Part shown: piece by piece, positions 1-9,418 of the stretch
How the letters are laid out: the number at the start of each line of letters is the position of its first letter
Numbering within the stretch: position 1 is the first letter of the stretch
Origin: Deltaproteobacteria bacterium
GTDB lineage: Bacteria > Bdellovibrionota > JACOXK01
NCBI GenBank assembly: GCA_016182335.1
Contig: JACOXK010000057.1
Coordinates: 706 to 64,705 of the forward strand
Direction: 5' to 3'
DNA length: 64,000 nucleotides
The notes under the pieces: model-generated
Database searches by the model: none
Told to the model about the DNA's origin: nothing
Seen by the model: only the letters and a program-made list of their open reading frames with translations
Position numbers and translations under genes: made by a program

Positions 1-1916
1 GAAACCTGAAAGGAAATTCGAGCTGGAAAGTTGGCCTTAATCAGTCCCGTAATGACATCTACAGAAGGTCTTTGCGTTGCTACAATCAAATGAATGCCAG
101 CTGCTCTTGCCATTTGAGCAAGTCTAGTAATGGAAATTTCTACATCTTTAGGAGTGACCATCATAAGATCTGCTAATTCATCGATGATAATAATAATGTA
201 GGGCATTTTTTCAATGTTTTCGCCCTTATCCCCAAGTTTTTCCCTCATTGTACTAATCTCTATTCGTTGATTAAAAGAATCGACATTTCTGGCTCCAATT
301 TTTGCCATAACATCATATCTGCGTTCCATTTCTCGCACAGCCCATTTCAATGTCATGGCTGCTTTTCTTGGATCTGTCACAACAGGAAGAAGAAGGTTTG
401 GGATGTCATCATAATAGGAAAGTTCTAACATTTTTGGATCGATCATAATCATTCGAACATGAGAGGGCTTAAATCGGTAAAGAAGGCTACAAATCAGAGA
501 GTTAACAAAAACTGATTTTCCAGAACCGGTCGCTCCTGCAATGAGAAGGTGTGGCATCCGAAGAAGGTCCGCTACATAAGGGTCTCCCAAAGCTGTTTTT
601 CCAAGGGGCATGGGTATATGATATTTGGGGCTTCTAAAGGCTTGGTTTTCCAGTAGATCTCGAAGGTAAACCATGTGCCGAGTTTCGTTAGGTATTTCGA
701 TGCCGACAACGTTCTTTCCAGGTATGGGAGCAATAATCCGAACACTTAAGGCTGAGAGGGAAAGAGCTAAATCATCAGACAGGCTTGCAATTTTGCTCAC
801 TTTAACGCCACTTGCTGGAGCAAATTCATAAAGTGTAATGACGGGGCCAGGACGCACCTGCGTCACTCTTCCTTCGACCCCAAAATCTTTGAGCTTATCC
901 TCCAGTAACTGTGAGTTTTTGAGTAATAGAGCTTTATTAACGACAAGTTCTCTGGCTGGATTTTCACTCAAGAGTGAAATATCTGGTAGTTTAAAATATT
1001 TAAAATCAGATTTTATTTTAACTTTGACTGGTTCTACCGGTTTAGGAGGCAGTTGCGGTAATTCAGGAAAATTTACAGTTACTTTTTCACCTTCTGCAAT
1101 GGTACTTTTCGCAATATTGAATAGTTTTTTCTTTGGTCCTGAAGGGAGTTTTGCAAGAATCTCTCTGCCGGGTTTCACGGTTAAAGATGCTGGTAAAGAT
1201 TGTTTTTTATTTCTTTTAAAAAAAGAAAAGTGGAGCTGGATTTTTGGCAATGTAAGAAGCGAGGATAAAAATCTTGTTTTTTTTATTGTTGGGAGCGCTG
1301 GAGTAATAATTTGAGTTTTTCCAGAGGGCTTTACGATAAGTAAGAATTTTTTGAATAATAGAGCCAATTTTTGTGATGGATTTTTTAAAAGGGAAAATAG
1401 AGAGATGAAGCGAATTCCTGTAGATAAAGAAAAAAAACTGACTTGCAATGCTAACAATAACAGGAAAGATCCAAAAATATTAACATATTGAACCAGAGAA
1501 CCCGCCGTGAATTTTCCTAGAATTCCTCCTGCGTAAAGTAATGCTCCCCTCACTGTTATTGCTCCAATCATGAGGTCTAAAAGAGAACAGAAACAAATGA
1601 GAAACCCGATAGTTGACAATGTTTTATAGATTTTTTTTGAAATTTGTATACGCGGGAAAAAGGAATAGACAAAAATAATAAAGAAAACCAAGACAAAGAG
1701 AATAGATCCAAATCCAACAAATTGAAGGAGTACATCTGACAAGTAGGAACCAACAATTCCAGTGAGGTTGTGAATAGAAGAATTTGACGAAACAGTATTG
1801 ATAGAAGGATCCTGAGGGTGATACGAGTAAAGACTCACTGAAAAAAAAACACTCAGTGCTAGGAAAAATATCCCTCGAAGTTCCTTGGCCTGGCGAGTAG
1901 GTATGGGATCTATCAT
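1..1916 (-). CDS. ftsK: DNA translocase FtsK/SpoIIIE (3' end runs off window start; N-terminal membrane domain and motor domain present)
   Basis: Minus-strand translation gives a membrane N-terminus, a Pro/Lys-rich linker and an ATPase domain with Walker A GATGSGKS and the ...IIIIDELADLMM... / ...ATQRPSVDVITG... motifs. ATG is at 1916. No stop before coordinate 1. Confidence 0.85.
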   Translation of the reverse strand, partial: MIDPIPTRQAKELRGIFFLALSVFFSVSLYSYHPQDPSINTVSSNSSIHNLTGIVGSYLSDVLLQFVGFGSILFVLVFFIIFVYSFFPRIQISKKIYKTLSTIGFLICFCSLLDLMIGAITVRGALLYAGGILGKFTAGSLVQYVNIFGSFLLLLALQVSFFSLSTGIRFISLFSLLKNPSQKLALLFKKFLLIVKPSGKTQIITPALPTIKKTRFLSSLLTLPKIQLHFSFFKRNKKQSLPASLTVKPGREILAKLPSGPKKKLFNIAKSTIAEGEKVTVNFPELPQLPPKPVEPVKVKIKSDFKYFKLPDISLLSENPARELVVNKALLLKNSQLLEDKLKDFGVEGRVTQVRPGPVITLYEFAPASGVKVSKIASLSDDLALSLSALSVRIIAPIPGKNVVGIEIPNETRHMVYLRDLLENQAFRSPKYHIPMPLGKTALGDPYVADLLRMPHLLIAGATGSGKSVFVNSLICSLLYRFKPSHVRMIMIDPKMLELSYYDDIPNLLLPVVTDPRKAAMTLKWAVREMERRYDVMAKIGARNVDSFNQRIEISTMREKLGDKGENIEKMPYIIIIIDELADLMMVTPKDVEISITRLAQMARAAGIHLIVATQRPSVDVITGLIKANFPARISFQV

Positions 1917-1998
1917 GAGCTTATAAATATACAATATTATTATAGAAATCTCAAAAGTTGTTGTCAATTCAAGTAGCATTGGATACACTGATTCACTC

Positions 1999-2811
1999 AT
2001 GAAAAAAATAGCTATTACAGCAGCTTTAGAAGCAGGATCAATCTTACAAAAGCATTTTGGAAGGCTTAAAAGTGTTGAAAAGAAATTTCAAGCTGGTCTT
2101 GTAACGGTTGCAGATCGAGAGTCCGAGCGCCGAATTGTTCATATCATTTCAAGGGCTTTTCCTAACCATTCCGTTCTTGGCGAGGAAGGCAGTGCCATTG
2201 ACAATAAATCAGATTATAAATGGGTCATCGATCCTCTCGATGGAACGACAAATTTTGTGCATGGATTGCAGTTTTTTTGTGTTTCTATTGGGTTGGAGTT
2301 CAAAAAAGAAATTATATTAGCGGCTCTTTATGCACCATTACTAGGAGAATTTTATTTGGCTTCTAAAAATCAAGGAGCCTATCTTTATTGTTTACCGATG
2401 CATGACAAGAAAAAATTAAGCATTAAAGACTTACGTAGACCCAAAAAACTTCATGTCTCAAGGGCCGTGAAGCTGTCAGAGTCTCTTATGGTGACGGGTT
2501 TTTCTTATCACACTACAAAAGATAAACTGAACAGGGAAATGTCAAACTTTTCAAAAATCATGTCGAAAACAAAAGCCGTTCGGCGTTTAGGGTCGGCAGC
2601 TTTAGATCTTTGTTATGTAGGTCGAGGTATTTTTGATGGTTATTGGGAAAAAGGCCTTTCTCCATGGGACACAGCAGCTGGAATTCTTGTCGTGTCTGAA
2701 GCGGGTGGCAAAGTCTCAGATTATTCAAATAAGAAATACAACTTGTATGGACCCGAAATAGCAGCTTCTAACGGGCCCATTCATAAACAATTGTTAAATC
2801 TTCTTTCCTAG
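1999..2811 (+). CDS. suhB: inositol monophosphatase family protein (SuhB-like)
   Basis: Has the IMPase motifs DPLDGTTNFVHG and WDTAAG. 270 aa. Confidence 0.8.
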   Translation: MKKIAITAALEAGSILQKHFGRLKSVEKKFQAGLVTVADRESERRIVHIISRAFPNHSVLGEEGSAIDNKSDYKWVIDPLDGTTNFVHGLQFFCVSIGLEFKKEIILAALYAPLLGEFYLASKNQGAYLYCLPMHDKKKLSIKDLRRPKKLHVSRAVKLSESLMVTGFSYHTTKDKLNREMSNFSKIMSKTKAVRRLGSAALDLCYVGRGIFDGYWEKGLSPWDTAAGILVVSEAGGKVSDYSNKKYNLYGPEIAASNGPIHKQLLNLLS

Positions 2812-2885
2812 GCTTTCTTGACTTCATAGGTGCTGTTTTGTAGCGATGATGTGCCGTGCAAAAAGCTTGGCAGGAGGCGTATTCT

Positions 2886-3461
2886 ATGAAAAAGTCATTC
2901 ATGATATCTATTTTTTTAAGTGTTTTGTTTCTCTTTTCTTTTCAAATCAGTGCTTTGCCCGATGACGACGAGGCTACAAGCGCTGTTTATTCTGAGCACA
3001 AGTTTTCTTATAAGCTCTTAAAAGATAAAAATGGAAGGACCATTTCTGATGTCAGTGCTTATCTAGAAACTTTAAAAAAGACTTCTGCAACTAATGTCTT
3101 AAAATTTGAAGGATATGAGTATTCCTTGGAATGCGGAAAACTTTCTAATTCAGCTATTTATGTTTACACTCATGACTCTGGAGGCAAAGAAGTTGAAAAA
3201 ATAAAAGCTGTTATCGTGCTGCAATATGTGGAAGTAGAAGGAGATCAACTTTCGCATAAAAAAGAATTACAGCCATTCCTATTTCCTTGCCAAGAAGAAG
3301 GGCCCCTTTTTTTGACTCAAATCCCTACGAAATCATCTTATGTCATCAGTGAAGTTAAGGGAGATGAGATTCATTTTTATGTGCGGTTTGATTATAATCC
3401 TGATTACTTTCGTCTAGAGGAAACCCAGAAATCTAATGAGGTTTTTGTTGATATTCCATAG
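2886..3461 (+). CDS. hypothetical secreted protein
   Basis: AGGAGG lies 8 nt before the ATG at 2886. The N-terminus MKKSFMISIFLSVLFLFSFQISA looks like a signal peptide. No recognisable domain. Confidence 0.45.
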   Translation: MKKSFMISIFLSVLFLFSFQISALPDDDEATSAVYSEHKFSYKLLKDKNGRTISDVSAYLETLKKTSATNVLKFEGYEYSLECGKLSNSAIYVYTHDSGGKEVEKIKAVIVLQYVEVEGDQLSHKKELQPFLFPCQEEGPLFLTQIPTKSSYVISEVKGDEIHFYVRFDYNPDYFRLEETQKSNEVFVDIP

Positions 3462-3522
3462 AGTTTATTGAGAGCCTTTTTTATTTGCCTGGTGACGGAG
3501 AATTCGCTAGATATGGGTAAGC

Positions 3523-5271
3523 ATGGCACAAGTTCAATCCAATGCCGCAGTATCTCAAGAGAAGTCACTGGAAGAGCAAGTTCAGGACAAAGTTTTTCTT
3601 ACAAGCTTAGATAAGCTCGTGAATTGGGGGCGAAAAAATTCACTTTGGCCCATGCCCATGGGTATTTCTTGTTGCGCCATCGAGATGATGGCATTTGTTG
3701 GTCCAAAATTCGACGTAGCACGTTTTGGCTCTGAAGCCTTGCGCTTTTCGCCTCGCCAGGCCGATGTCATGATCGTTGCCGGCACACTTACCTACAAGAT
3801 GGCTCCTATTGTAAGAAGAATTTACGACCAGATGATGGAACCTAAGTGGGTTATTGCCATGGGGGCTTGTCTGCTGACAGGAGGCATGTACGATAGTTAT
3901 TCTGTTGTCCAGGGGTTGGATAAAATCATTCCTGTGGACGTCTATTTACCAGGATGCCCTCCTAGGCCAGAAGCCATCATAGAAGCAGTTCGAGAAACTC
4001 AGAAAAAAGTAGGTAAAATGACTCCTACAAAGGGATACAAACGTGATTTTTATCCTATTAAAGTGCCTGTTCCAAAGGCAGACACACAATTTACTCATAA
4101 AAAACCAAATACGCTAGTTTTAAATATGGGTCCACAACATCCAAGTACGCATGGAGTTCTCCGTGTGGTTTTGGAATTAGATGGAGAAAAAGTTGTGTCG
4201 GCCTATCCTGACATTGGGTACTTGCATCGTGGTTACGAAAAAATTGCTGAAAATAGAACTTATTATCAATACATTCCTTACACGGATCGTCTCGATTATC
4301 TGACAGCGCCTGGCAATAACATTTCTTATTGTATGGCTGTAGAAAAACTTTTGGGAATAGAAACGCCCAAGCGCTGTCAGTATTTACGGGTTCTCATTTA
4401 TGAATTGGCTAGAATTGCAAGCCATCTGGTAGCCATCGGAACTTACAGCCTTGATGTGGGTGCCGCTACAGTATTTTTTCACACGTGGAGTGAGCGAGAA
4501 GAAATTTATGCGCTTTATGAAATGATTTGTGGAGCACGACTGACGACGAGTTTAGCCAGGGTAGGTGGAATGATGCGAGATACAACTCCTGAGTTTATCC
4601 AAGGAGTTCGAAAATTTAGCAATCATTTTTCTAAAAAAATTGATGAGTATGAAAAGCTTCTGTCTAAAAATAGGATTTGGCTCAACAGAACCAAAAATGT
4701 GGGCGTTATTTCAAAAGAATTGGCATTGAGATATTCTCTAACAGGTCCAGTGCTTAGAGCTTCTGGAATCAACTGGGATCTTCGCAAAAACATGCCCTAT
4801 CTTGCCTATTCAGATTTTGATTTTGATGTTCCGCTGGGAGAGAATGGAGATTGTTATGATCGATATCTGGTAAGAATTCAAGAAATGCGTGAAAGTTTAA
4901 AAATTGTTAAGCAAGCGCTTGAAAATTTGCCATCAGGCCCTTTACGTGTCACGGATCGTCCTGACATCGTCATTCCCTCCAAAAAAGACGTTTATACGAA
5001 GATGGAATCTTTGATTTATCATTTTAAAATCATGTCTCAGGGATTTAATGTGCCTTTAGGTGAAGTGTATTTTGCCACTGAAAGTTCTAAAGGAGAGCTT
5101 GGCTGGTACATTCAAAGTGATGGGTCCTCGCATCCAAAAAGGCTTCGCATTCATAGCCCCTCTTTTATGAACATTCAGGTTTTACCAGAAATTGTTGAGG
5201 GAGCCCTCTTTACGGATGTCATTACGACAATTGCAAGTTTAGATCCTGTGATGGGAGAGATTGATAAATAG
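3523..5271 (+). CDS. nuoBD: NuoB-NuoD fusion protein (complex I 20-kDa/PSST + 49-kDa subunits fused, no NuoC domain)
   Basis: Residues ~1-180 are NuoB ([17 protein letters not shown] ... [10 protein letters not shown], carrying the N2 cluster cysteines). After a ~25-aa linker comes NuoD ([17 protein letters not shown] ... C-terminal DPVMGEIDK). There is no space for the ~150-aa NuoC domain. Confidence 0.85.
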   Translation: MAQVQSNAAVSQEKSLEEQVQDKVFLTSLDKLVNWGRKNSLWPMPMGISCCAIEMMAFVGPKFDVARFGSEALRFSPRQADVMIVAGTLTYKMAPIVRRIYDQMMEPKWVIAMGACLLTGGMYDSYSVVQGLDKIIPVDVYLPGCPPRPEAIIEAVRETQKKVGKMTPTKGYKRDFYPIKVPVPKADTQFTHKKPNTLVLNMGPQHPSTHGVLRVVLELDGEKVVSAYPDIGYLHRGYEKIAENRTYYQYIPYTDRLDYLTAPGNNISYCMAVEKLLGIETPKRCQYLRVLIYELARIASHLVAIGTYSLDVGAATVFFHTWSEREEIYALYEMICGARLTTSLARVGGMMRDTTPEFIQGVRKFSNHFSKKIDEYEKLLSKNRIWLNRTKNVGVISKELALRYSLTGPVLRASGINWDLRKNMPYLAYSDFDFDVPLGENGDCYDRYLVRIQEMRESLKIVKQALENLPSGPLRVTDRPDIVIPSKKDVYTKMESLIYHFKIMSQGFNVPLGEVYFATESSKGELGWYIQSDGSSHPKRLRIHSPSFMNIQVLPEIVEGALFTDVITTIASLDPVMGEIDK

Positions 5272-5273
5272 TT

Positions 5274-7055
5274 ATGCAAATAACAATAAATGATAAAAAA
5301 TTAGAATGTGAAAAAGGTCAGACAATTATTCAGGTGGCTGATCAAAACGACATTAAGATTCCTCGTTTTTGCTATCATCCCAATTTAGAAGTTGTGGCTC
5401 AATGCCGCATGTGTCTTGTAGAAGTTGAAGGTGTAAGAAAACCTCTCGCTGCTTGTTCCACACCTTTGACAGATGGCATGGTCGTGAAAACGGCAAGTCC
5501 ATTAGCCAAAGAAGCACAGGAATCTGTCTTAGAATTTCTTCTCATTAATCACCCGCTTGATTGTCCTATTTGTGACAAAGGTGGAGAGTGCCCTCTTCAA
5601 AATAATGCTTTTGGATATGGTCGGGTTGAGAGTCATATGTTGGACACGAAACGACGTCTTGAGAAGAACAAAGATTTTGGACAGCACATTGTTTTCGACA
5701 CGGAGCGGTGCATTTTGTGTTCTCGATGTGAGCGTTTTTGTAAGGAAATTACGGGAACTGCAGAGATAGGTATTGTTCATCGTGGCTCTAAAAGTGAAAT
5801 AGCTGTTTTTGATGAAAAAGGAGTTGATAACGATTTTAGTTTAAATGTTGTCGATCTTTGTCCTGTTGGGGCTCTAACGAATAAAGATTTTCGTTTTAAA
5901 GCAAGGCCCTGGGAAATGAAAGCGACAAAGAGTTTTTGTCCTTCCTGTCAACTTGGTTGTTCATCGCAGTTTTGGGTGAAGACAAGCTTTAAGGACCAGA
6001 AAATGCTTCGTATGAATTCCCCAGGGGACGCTGATAATTGGCTTTGTGATTACGGTCGTGGAAACTACAAGGTTTTTAATAATCAAGATGTTCATTTGAA
6101 AGAGCCTCAGATTCGGGTGAGGGGGCAGCTTGTAAAGGCTTCTTGGCAGGACGCTTTGCAAAGAGCTCATGAACTTTTATCTGGAGTAGATGTACAGTTT
6201 ATGTTTTCTGGAAATTTAACTAGCGAAGCTCTGGATGAAGTTCTTCCGCTTATTGCTTCCTGTCATCCTGAGGCGAACCAGAAAGAATCACATCCTTTAA
6301 TTAAATCTTGGAAATATTTAAAGGAAAAAGATCTTTTATTATCATTGCGAGGGTCGCATGGCGTCCCATGGCAATCTATATCTTTCAAAAAACTCATTCA
6401 GGTGGAGCAAACCGTCCAAAAATACTTACCGGTTTTTTATTTGGACTTAAGAAAAGCTGGAGTAAGTTTTGAAGAAGTTGGTTCATTGAAAGATGTTGAA
6501 CTGGGTGAAGGAGTGGCTGTGTCTATTCCAGAAAGCATTTTGGGAACCGAGGAAGGTTTTGAATCTGTAAAGAAGATTAAGAGTCCATCGTCAGTTATCC
6601 CTCTTTTTTCAGCTTCAAATACCATAGCACTTCTAGAGAGAGGTTTAATCCCCTGGCAAGTGTTCTATTGTCATCCTGAGCGAGGCCCTTCGCTGTCGCT
6701 CTGGGTAAACTCCGGATCGATATTTCCTTCTTTAGTTAATAGGATTGTGTACTTCACCGGCCGAACATTAAAACAAAATTTTGATTATGCTCCTTTAAAA
6801 AAGGCTTTCGAAGGCTCAAAACTCATTCTTCAAGATACAATTGAAAGTCCGCTGTGTGATATTGCAGAGGTGGTTCTTCCCATGCAGGACTTAGCAGAAT
6901 CGGGTGGGCATTATAGAACTTATTATTCTTTTTGGAAGGGAACAGATGAGGCCCGCTTTGAGAAATGTATGAACCCAGTGGGTGATTCACTCCCTGATTG
7001 GAAGATTTTCCAATCTCTTCAGCATTCCTTATATTCCAAGGCTGAAAACTCATAA
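5274..7055 (+). CDS. nuoG: NuoG-like Fe-S protein (2Fe-2S ferredoxin + 4Fe-4S N-terminal domains of the complex I 75-kDa subunit; divergent C-terminal half)
   Basis: The N-terminus has a 2Fe-2S motif (C..C..C...C in MQITINDKKLECEKG...CRMCLVEV), then HPLDCPICDKGGECPLQ, CILCSRCERFC and CPVGAL. Its start overlaps the nuoBD stop. The C-terminal ~300 aa are not a typical molybdopterin domain. Confidence 0.7.
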   Translation: MQITINDKKLECEKGQTIIQVADQNDIKIPRFCYHPNLEVVAQCRMCLVEVEGVRKPLAACSTPLTDGMVVKTASPLAKEAQESVLEFLLINHPLDCPICDKGGECPLQNNAFGYGRVESHMLDTKRRLEKNKDFGQHIVFDTERCILCSRCERFCKEITGTAEIGIVHRGSKSEIAVFDEKGVDNDFSLNVVDLCPVGALTNKDFRFKARPWEMKATKSFCPSCQLGCSSQFWVKTSFKDQKMLRMNSPGDADNWLCDYGRGNYKVFNNQDVHLKEPQIRVRGQLVKASWQDALQRAHELLSGVDVQFMFSGNLTSEALDEVLPLIASCHPEANQKESHPLIKSWKYLKEKDLLLSLRGSHGVPWQSISFKKLIQVEQTVQKYLPVFYLDLRKAGVSFEEVGSLKDVELGEGVAVSIPESILGTEEGFESVKKIKSPSSVIPLFSASNTIALLERGLIPWQVFYCHPERGPSLSLWVNSGSIFPSLVNRIVYFTGRTLKQNFDYAPLKKAFEGSKLILQDTIESPLCDIAEVVLPMQDLAESGGHYRTYYSFWKGTDEARFEKCMNPVGDSLPDWKIFQSLQHSLYSKAENS

Positions 7056-7362
7056 CAAATTGAATTATTTTGTCCTGTTTCGAGGACCCGAAAGTCGATG
7101 CGGCAAATCAATCGATATTCAGATGAAGTATGCATTGCCTATCATTGCGAAGATCGCGCATCGATCCGTTGTAAGCTACTTTCTTTCATGGTGAACTGTG
7201 CTATAGGGCACATTTCATTTCGAACATCGTCAGATGCGAGGAGGTCCACTTCGTACTGGGGATGATTACAAGGTAAAAGACAGCAAAATAAAATAGACTG
7301 CTGATCATCGATACAGACGGTTCTTAATCAATAATCAACAGTCTATCTCAAAATTGTATGAG

Positions 7363-7671
7363 CTATTCTAACTCCACTCTAACAATATTAGACTTTTCAT
7401 CAAGAGTAACATCGACAGGCAGATTGGAAGCAAAGGCTGTTAATAGTGCATGATAGATATTTTGTGATAAGAAAGCAGATCCCTGATCGTTTCTTAGAAA
7501 TGTTTTTTTTGAATCTCCCTTTTTTTCCACATCTGTAAATGTAACCTCGAATTCAGAAGCAGAAATCTCAAATTTTTTAATTTTGACGCCTCGAAGAGTA
7601 GCATTGCCTTCGGCAAATCCTACTGAAGTGAAAATCATAACGGCTAATAACGATACAACTATACTTTTCAT
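7363..7671 (-). CDS. hypothetical small secreted protein
   Basis: Internal Met start gives MKSIVVSLLAVMIFTSVGFAEG, a signal peptide. 102 aa. The upstream extension of the track ORF is probably non-coding. Confidence 0.4.
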   Translation of the reverse strand: MKSIVVSLLAVMIFTSVGFAEGNATLRGVKIKKFEISASEFEVTFTDVEKKGDSKKTFLRNDQGSAFLSQNIYHALLTAFASNLPVDVTLDEKSNIVRVELE

Positions 7672-7817
7672 AATGACCTCCTGTTTAGACGAGCGCACAA
7701 TGCACTCGAATATAGAGCCAGACTCTAATGGGCTGTTTTTTTTTGCAAGTTTTTTAAATTCACTATAAAGGACTAAAATGAGTTGTAAGAAATCTGTGAT
7801 GTCGATATAAAAATCAT

Positions 7818-8184
7818 ATGGGTGGAGAAAAAATCGCGCTTCCAAAAGAGCTTGTTTATTTGGATACAAATATTATCAGTTTTTACTTTGATGAAGTGTC
7901 TAGATTTGATAAAGAAGATTTCGATTTTACCGGGAGATCATAAGGAAATTGATCAAATTGCAAGATACTATATTGAGCATTACCTAGCACCTAAGGAAGA
8001 CATTGAGGATTTTCGCGGAGATGCCATTCATATGGCAGTTTGTGCTTTTTATAAGGTTGATTATTTGCTAACATGGAATTTGAAGCATTTAGCTAATGTG
8101 AATAAACTGAGACAGCTTAAAATTATGAATGCTAGAATGGCGCTAGCAACTCCACAAATAGTAACGCCAGATCAGTTATTATAA
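7818..8184 (+). pseudogene. PIN-domain (VapC-like) toxin gene interrupted by a frameshift
   Basis: The frame starting at ATG 7818 encodes MGGEKIALPKELVYLDTNIISFYFDE..., a PIN N-terminal (L)DTN motif, and stops at 7941. The +1 frame continues from ~7925 with ...DAIHMAVCAFYKVDYLLTWNLKHLAN, the PIN D-x-H-A / LxTxNxKxF C-terminal motifs. Together they make ~126 aa. Confidence 0.5.
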
Positions 8185-8196
8185 AGAGGAGAGGTT

Positions 8197-8406
8197 ATGA
8201 AAGCCAGTAAAAAAAATGGGGAATTAATTATGGGAAAACATGAAAACCCTGTTGACTTTTTTAGGCGTGTTAGAAGGCAGCTCATGGCAAAATATGACAA
8301 TGACGTTTCAAAATATATGGATTCCATTCGAGAAGAGGAAAAAAAACATAAAAATCGCCTCATTGATCTAAAGACGTTGCCCAAGAGAATCAATATAGAA
8401 AGTTAA
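8197..8406 (+). CDS. hypothetical small basic protein (possible partner of the PIN-like gene)
   Basis: Strong SD AGAGGAGAGG 4 nt before the ATG. 69 aa and Lys/Arg-rich. It lies 13 nt downstream of the PIN-like ORF. Confidence 0.4.
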   Translation: MKASKKNGELIMGKHENPVDFFRRVRRQLMAKYDNDVSKYMDSIREEEKKHKNRLIDLKTLPKRINIES

Positions 8407-8572
8407 AGGTATTTCTCTACCTGTATAGCAATCATTCCAAAGTTACAGTACGTAAGTTACTCTATAATGGATACAAACGTGGCAACCTCCTTGACCTTTT
8501 TGGTCTCGAGGTAAATTACGCACACAATGCGTAATTTATCATGTCGTTTGCAGAGATTACCAAGTAGTCCGT

Positions 8573-9322
8573 TTATGCGCTTAAGAAAATTTTTTTAAAT
8601 TTTCTGGCAATTATATAAATAGGATCATAAAAGCGTGAAACAACTCGTTCTTTCAAAGGGATAATAGCATTGTCGGTGATGACAATCTCTTCAGGGCACA
8701 CCTCAGTACAACACCTTGTAATATTGCAATACCCTACCCCTAAGTGTTCCTTAACAAAAGGTATTCTATCCCTCTTATCCAGTGGATGCATGGCAAGAGA
8801 GGCTGTTCGAACTAAAAAACGAGGCCCACCAAAATTTTGTTTTTGCTGGTGTGCGCGTATGACGTGGCATACATCCTGACAGAGAAAACACTCGATACAC
8901 TTTCGAAACTCTTGAATGCGATCTATATCTTTCTGTTGCATGCGCCACGTTCCATCAACATCACGTTCAATCGGATCAAATGGTGGAATTTTTTTGTTAA
9001 CTTCATAATTCCAAGAAACATCTGTCACAAGATCTTTTATAACGGGAAAAGATTTCATGGGTTCAACTCGGATACTTTTTTGGTCCTTAAAATTATCTAG
9101 TCGGGTCATACAGGTAAGAACTGGTTTTCCGTTAACTTCAGCCGAGCACGAGCCACACTTTCCTGCTTTGCAATTCCATCGAACTGCAAGTGTTGGGTCA
9201 TACTTTGCCTGAACATGATGAATAGCATCCAACACCACCATTCCCGGATGAACAGGTACTGAATAATCTCTAAACTCACCCTTTTCTTTTCCGCGATAAA
9301 TTTGTAAATTAATCTCTTTCAT
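8573..9322 (-). CDS. sdhB: succinate dehydrogenase/fumarate reductase iron-sulfur subunit
   Basis: Has the 2Fe-2S motif CKAGKCGSCSAEVNGKPVLTC and the 4Fe-4S/3Fe-4S motif CIECFLCQDVC ... CCTEVCP. Start taken at MKEINLQIYRG. Confidence 0.85.
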   Translation of the reverse strand: MKEINLQIYRGKEKGEFRDYSVPVHPGMVVLDAIHHVQAKYDPTLAVRWNCKAGKCGSCSAEVNGKPVLTCMTRLDNFKDQKSIRVEPMKSFPVIKDLVTDVSWNYEVNKKIPPFDPIERDVDGTWRMQQKDIDRIQEFRKCIECFLCQDVCHVIRAHQQKQNFGGPRFLVRTASLAMHPLDKRDRIPFVKEHLGVGYCNITRCCTEVCPEEIVITDNAIIPLKERVVSRFYDPIYIIARKFKKIFLSA

Positions 9323-9418
9323 AGGATTGCCACGGTTGCTGCACAACCTCGCAATGACACTATTGATCCTTCGCCTTCCGAAGCTGAAGCTGTGTAAGGC
9401 TCAGGATGACATATCAAC

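Noticed and set aside
838-1314. 158-aa plus-strand ORF
   Set aside because: Antisense to the well-supported ftsK CDS. Low-complexity product. Spurious.
7056-7362. 307-bp convergent spacer after nuoG examined for a known ncRNA (SRP RNA, tmRNA, 6S)
   Set aside because: No conserved ncRNA motifs recognised. It contains only a 13-bp imperfect inverted repeat (ATAGACTGCTGAT / ATCAACAGTCTAT), consistent with a terminator.
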